Shown piece after piece: positions 60,131 to 64,000 of a stretch of 64,000 nucleotides of DNA. Position 1 is the first letter of the stretch, and each line of letters opens with the position of its first letter. Location of the stretch: the NCBI GenBank assembly GCA_010093605.1, contig MU004199.1, forward strand, positions 744,001-808,000, in the 5' to 3' direction. The DNA comes from Lophium mytilinum. Lineage: Eukaryota. The notes beneath the pieces are model-generated. The model had not been told where the DNA came from and ran no database searches. It saw only the letters and a program-made list of their open reading frames with translations. The position numbers were made by a program, and so were the translations under genes.

Positions 60131-61224
60131 GTCGGACGATGACACCCCTAGGCCTGTCGCATCTGTGTGGTCTTCTGACCAAAACACAAGTTTGGGCACC
60201 GCGGATATGAAATGCTCCGATTTCGATCTTGATCGCTAGACACCACCGTGAAGGGTAGCTCGGCCAGCAGGTGTTGAGTGACCCAAAACGCAGCCAAGTT
60301 TCCACTGCATCGACCTTGGCAATGTGTTTGGAGGATTGAAGTTCCGTAGGTGCACCCCAAGCAGCGGTAGGAGAGTGTCCAAACTTATATCGTAGGACTG
60401 CAGCCTAGCTCAGGTGACGAAGTTTATTTTGTACGTTAACTGCTATACCCCGCTTTTTGGGCCCCCTAAAGCTGTTGTAAGGTCGAGTTCGACCATTTTT
60501 CCCCCAAATTATACTTCATCTCTCTAATCTCTTCCTACACGCTCTTGATCTCCGTTGCCCATTACAACGCGCTCAATACGAGAACTTCCTTGTTCTCCTT
60601 TTCCACGGTCTTAATGTACAAGCTCGCATAGGTGACATCGTTAGTTGCGAATCTTTGATATATTCAGGGGCGTTTCACTACTACGTGTTCCTACCCAAGC
60701 AACTACAAGCTTGCTCTTGATACGTAAGTCTTCCACGGAAAGGAGAGCTTCCAGAACCCCGCTCAGATTTCACGGCGTCGGGCTAAAGTCCCACTATATC
60801 AAAATGAAAATCGCGGAAAGTTATTTGAAACCTATGGGGATACCCCAAGCAGTGGTAAATTAGTGAACACCTTTCAATTGGCAATTACTCAGAGTCTATC
60901 TAATTCTGCAAAGCACTTGATCTGCAGCAACAGGCCAAGTATGCACACTTGTTCGCCACTGCTTGGGGTACCCTGGCATGATTTCAAGAATGCAAAGCTG
61001 ATGTCGAGTTTCAGGCAGTGCATATCGGGACTGCCTCTTGACCTACTGGCTACTGAGTCGCCAGGCCTCCTCTCACAGTGGTGACGGGTGAGTAAAGCTC
61101 GAGCTAAGCAGTGATGACTCCATTTGTCGAGACTTATTGACTGATACTATACAGCTATCAAGAGAAGACAAGCTCATCTACCCCTACTCACAGCACACTC
61201 TGACGCCCCCCAGCCCGCCATTCC

Positions 61225-62094
61225 TCACTCCATCTCCATCGCATCCCCACCCTCATCCGCCTGCTCCATACCTACACCAGGCACCGCATGCTTTGACCGC
61301 CCCAGATTCTCGAACGTCCGAATGATAGGATCCAAATCAGGATCCCTCGCCGCACCCACGCCCGCCGCCGTCGTCTCCTGCGAGGTCCCCTCGACCTCCA
61401 TCTTCTCCGCGCTACCCACGTCTCCAAGAATCATCTTGAGCTGCTCCGTGCCGGCATTGATCGCCACGATCTCCTCCAACGTCAACCGCCGAGCACTCGC
61501 CGCCATCTCCTCCAACAGCGCACGCGCGGCCACAGTCGCGCCGTGCACGGCGCGCATGTGGTTGATGATGCCGCCCACGCCGCTCAAGTAGTAGAACTTC
61601 GACTTGCCCTGACGGCTCTTCTCGTAGGCGTTCGCGTGGCACGTCGGGCACGCCAGCTCAACATACTCCGCGCCCTTACCCGAGACTAGCTTAACGATCG
61701 TCGGAAACTTAGCCGCGTCGTGGAGGAGCTTGGGGGCCTCTACAACCGCAGGAGGAGCAGGTTCCGTGGCCAGCGAGGGCGGGATTGTGGGATAGAAGCT
61801 AACGATGGCGCGGAAGCGGGCCTCTGCTGACGCGATGAAGGCCGCGTGGAGGGAGTTGCGCTGGAGGGTGAAGTTGAAGGTCTCCATCTTGGTGAGGGCA
61901 CGGTTGGGGTCGGCGCGGAGGGCGGCGCCTTTCTTGAGATAGTCGTCGATGTGCTGCTCGAAGGCGCGCAGCTCGGTGGCATTGCTGGCGGCCTGCTGGT
62001 CTTGGAGGTCCTGGCGCAGCTTGTTGAAGTAGTCGGTGTGCGGCTGCTCCTCCCGCTCTGCTTTCAGCTTTGCGTATTGGTCCAGGAGCGACAT
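61225..62094 (-). CDS. Hypothetical protein with N-terminal coiled coil and a CxxC...HxxxxH zinc-finger-like motif
   Basis: ORF from MSLLDQYAK with strong C/G third-position bias; ELACPTCHANA...GVGGIINHMRAVHG. Confidence 0.72.
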   Translation of the reverse strand: MSLLDQYAKLKAEREEQPHTDYFNKLRQDLQDQQAASNATELRAFEQHIDDYLKKGAALRADPNRALTKMETFNFTLQRNSLHAAFIASAEARFRAIVSFYPTIPPSLATEPAPPAVVEAPKLLHDAAKFPTIVKLVSGKGAEYVELACPTCHANAYEKSRQGKSKFYYLSGVGGIINHMRAVHGATVAARALLEEMAASARRLTLEEIVAINAGTEQLKMILGDVGSAEKMEVEGTSQETTAAGVGAARDPDLDPIIRTFENLGRSKHAVPGVGMEQADEGGDAMEME

Positions 62095-62387
62095 GATCGT
62101 ACACGATGGAACTGATGAAGTGGTTAGGACTGAGTGATATGCAAGTAAGCGGTCGCAACAGCTTTGGGGTGGTGGTTGGCTGTTTGTGGTTGTGCGGGTT
62201 GGCGGAGGCGTGGTGACGGGACGTGACGGATGGCGGTGCTTCTCAGGACATTGTCTCGAGAATATGGATGCATTTGGCATTCACCGCAAGGGCATTGATG
62301 GTGTCTGATTGGCCACGTAGCGATGGTCACGTGCTGGCCATACACTTAGAGCTCGACGGGTTTGCTGTTGGTCGGGGTAGGCTATCT

Positions 62388-64000
62388 CTAGTCCGGTCTC
62401 TTTCCATCTGCCCAAGTAGGCACAACTCCTTCACAAACTTTTACGTACGCATCCCACTTCCCTCCACTCACTTCGCCCCTCTCCTTCTCCTTGGCCCACT
62501 CCTCTTCCACCCCCTCCGTCGTCCAAAACATAGTCCAGTTCCCGCCAGGCAGCTTCCACGTCCCGACACTCCTCTCAAAGTACCATTTGTTGACGGGATT
62601 ATTTGATCGACTCCGCCAAAGGACGCCGTCTGGGAAGCATTGCCGAGTTAGGCAGCGCCAGACTATATCTGCTACACCCCCGGAGCCCTGGGATTTCGTC
62701 CGGACGGCGAACTTATCGAGATAGGGGATGGGCGGTTGGTTTGGTGACGAGGAGGGTGGATCTTCCCATGTGCAGATCGCGCCACCTTCGTAGTCGCCTG
62801 CAATAATGACACCGGCAACACGGCCACGGATGCGCTCGAGATAAGCGTGGACGTCAAGTTTGCGCTGGAAAGAGTCGTCGATGAGATCAATCAGACGTGG
62901 GAAGTCGATCCGTGGGTCGTTTTCGAGAGTTATACAAGTGTCCGAAGGAGATGGGGGTTCCCAAGGAGCGGCGGGGATGATGGTCACGGGGATTCCTTTC
63001 TTGAGAAATGTGGGAGGATTTGCGGTAGGCATCCTGGGCCGATGATGGGGAACTGTTTCGTCAGGGAGAGAAGAGGAGACCATCGGTTTATCGGTAAGAA
63101 GGTTATGAATCAAGGGGTTCTTTGGCCGACGGGTGCGCACTCCAGTAGGGGCAGTTTCATCGTCTGGTTGCGGACGGGATGAGACGGCGGCAGCGGTCGG
63201 TGTGATTATCAAGGCGGAGGAAGACGGCGGTAAAAGTTTCAGGGCCCTTTGAACGACATCGAGGTTCTTGGTGTGGCGGTTGGGCTTGGCCTGTGCGAAG
63301 TTGATGTTGCTTTCCACGAATTTGGAAAATGGATTGCTTCCTCCGAACAAAGATGTGGGCCCTCTTTTTGTCCGCGTAGTATGTACTCCTGTGAGCTCGT
63401 TCCTAACGCCTCGATATTCTTGATCTAAATTGATGAAAACATGCGCGTTGTCTGGTCGATCTCTTGATGTAATACCTCCTAAGGGGTCCAGTATGAGGAT
63501 CCTGTCGAGGAGAGGTCTGTCCTGAACATCTAAAGCATTCAAATGAGGAGGCATCGGATGTATATCAGAACCTTGCATACTTCTCGCTGTGATGCCTGCA
63601 AACTCCCTCGTCAACGCTAGAACGACATCATCCGGCTCAACCCTCCGCTTCTGGAGATTCTTCGTGGTGTACGCGATCGGCGGAATGACAGGAATGATTC
63701 CATCCTCCAACAATGGCAACAACAACCTATTATTCTTGACCTCCACCCCCCCTCGTACATGTACCGTAGTAGGCATCTCATTCTTGACGTCTTCCACCCC
63801 CAGAGCATGTTCGACAACCATGACACCCGGTTCATTAAACTCATGCAATGCATCCACCACCCTCCCCACCTGCTCAGACACTGTTGTTTCCCAGATCTTG
63901 TCCAACTCCAAGCCCTCTGCCACCTCTTCCCCATCACAATCAAGTACAACTGCGATATTCAGTCCCAACCTCACCAATTGGCTCAAAGTCAGCGCAATCC
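62388..64000 (-). CDS. ARG2: Mitochondrial amino-acid acetyltransferase (N-acetylglutamate synthase), 5'-truncated by the window edge
   Basis: ILDPLGG, HVFINLDQEY, NPLIHNLLTDKP..SSSLP, LIDDSFQRKLD, YLDKFAV..SQGSGGVADIVW, WRSRSNNPVNKWYFERS motifs. Confidence 0.93.
   Translation of the reverse strand, partial: IALTLSQLVRLGLNIAVVLDCDGEEVAEGLELDKIWETTVSEQVGRVVDALHEFNEPGVMVVEHALGVEDVKNEMPTTVHVRGGVEVKNNRLLLPLLEDGIIPVIPPIAYTTKNLQKRRVEPDDVVLALTREFAGITARSMQGSDIHPMPPHLNALDVQDRPLLDRILILDPLGGITSRDRPDNAHVFINLDQEYRGVRNELTGVHTTRTKRGPTSLFGGSNPFSKFVESNINFAQAKPNRHTKNLDVVQRALKLLPPSSSALIITPTAAAVSSRPQPDDETAPTGVRTRRPKNPLIHNLLTDKPMVSSSLPDETVPHHRPRMPTANPPTFLKKGIPVTIIPAAPWEPPSPSDTCITLENDPRIDFPRLIDLIDDSFQRKLDVHAYLERIRGRVAGVIIAGDYEGGAICTWEDPPSSSPNQPPIPYLDKFAVRTKSQGSGGVADIVWRCLTRQCFPDGVLWRSRSNNPVNKWYFERSVGTWKLPGGNWTMFWTTEGVEEEWAKEKERGEVSGGKWDAYVKVCEGVVPTWADGKRPD

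Overview
Gene-dense eukaryotic DNA from a filamentous ascomycete. Short GT-AG introns with CTRAC/CTAAC branch sites, a Zn2Cys6 factor and a HET gene support this; Dothideomycete-like is an inference. About 23 protein genes were reconstructed by hand. Housekeeping genes include Nup170/155, NPC2-like, VMA7, Nur1/Mug154-like, ROT1, FAU1/MTHFS, SmE, MTR10, a Rad4/XPC family gene and partial ARG2. Accessory-type genes include a HeLo-like N-domain protein, a HET-domain protein, an RBR E3 ligase, a GFA protein, an SDR with an apparent frameshift, a secreted FAD oxidoreductase and several hypotheticals. No tRNA, rRNA, transposase or CRISPR-Cas system was recognised. The main unexplained structure is a non-coding repeat family with a conserved ~35-bp core at ~107-bp spacing. 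It occurs as two diverged clusters in inverted orientation (20.3-20.6 kb and 27.5-28.1 kb), both between convergent genes. Other notable items are a 44-bp inverted repeat inside an intron of the HeLo-like gene, a 9-mer minisatellite with a shared flank found twice, a GC-AG intron plus 21-nt microexon in SmE, and a recurrent C-rich to G-rich switch at gene 3' ends. All product calls come from motif recognition by eye; no database search was run.
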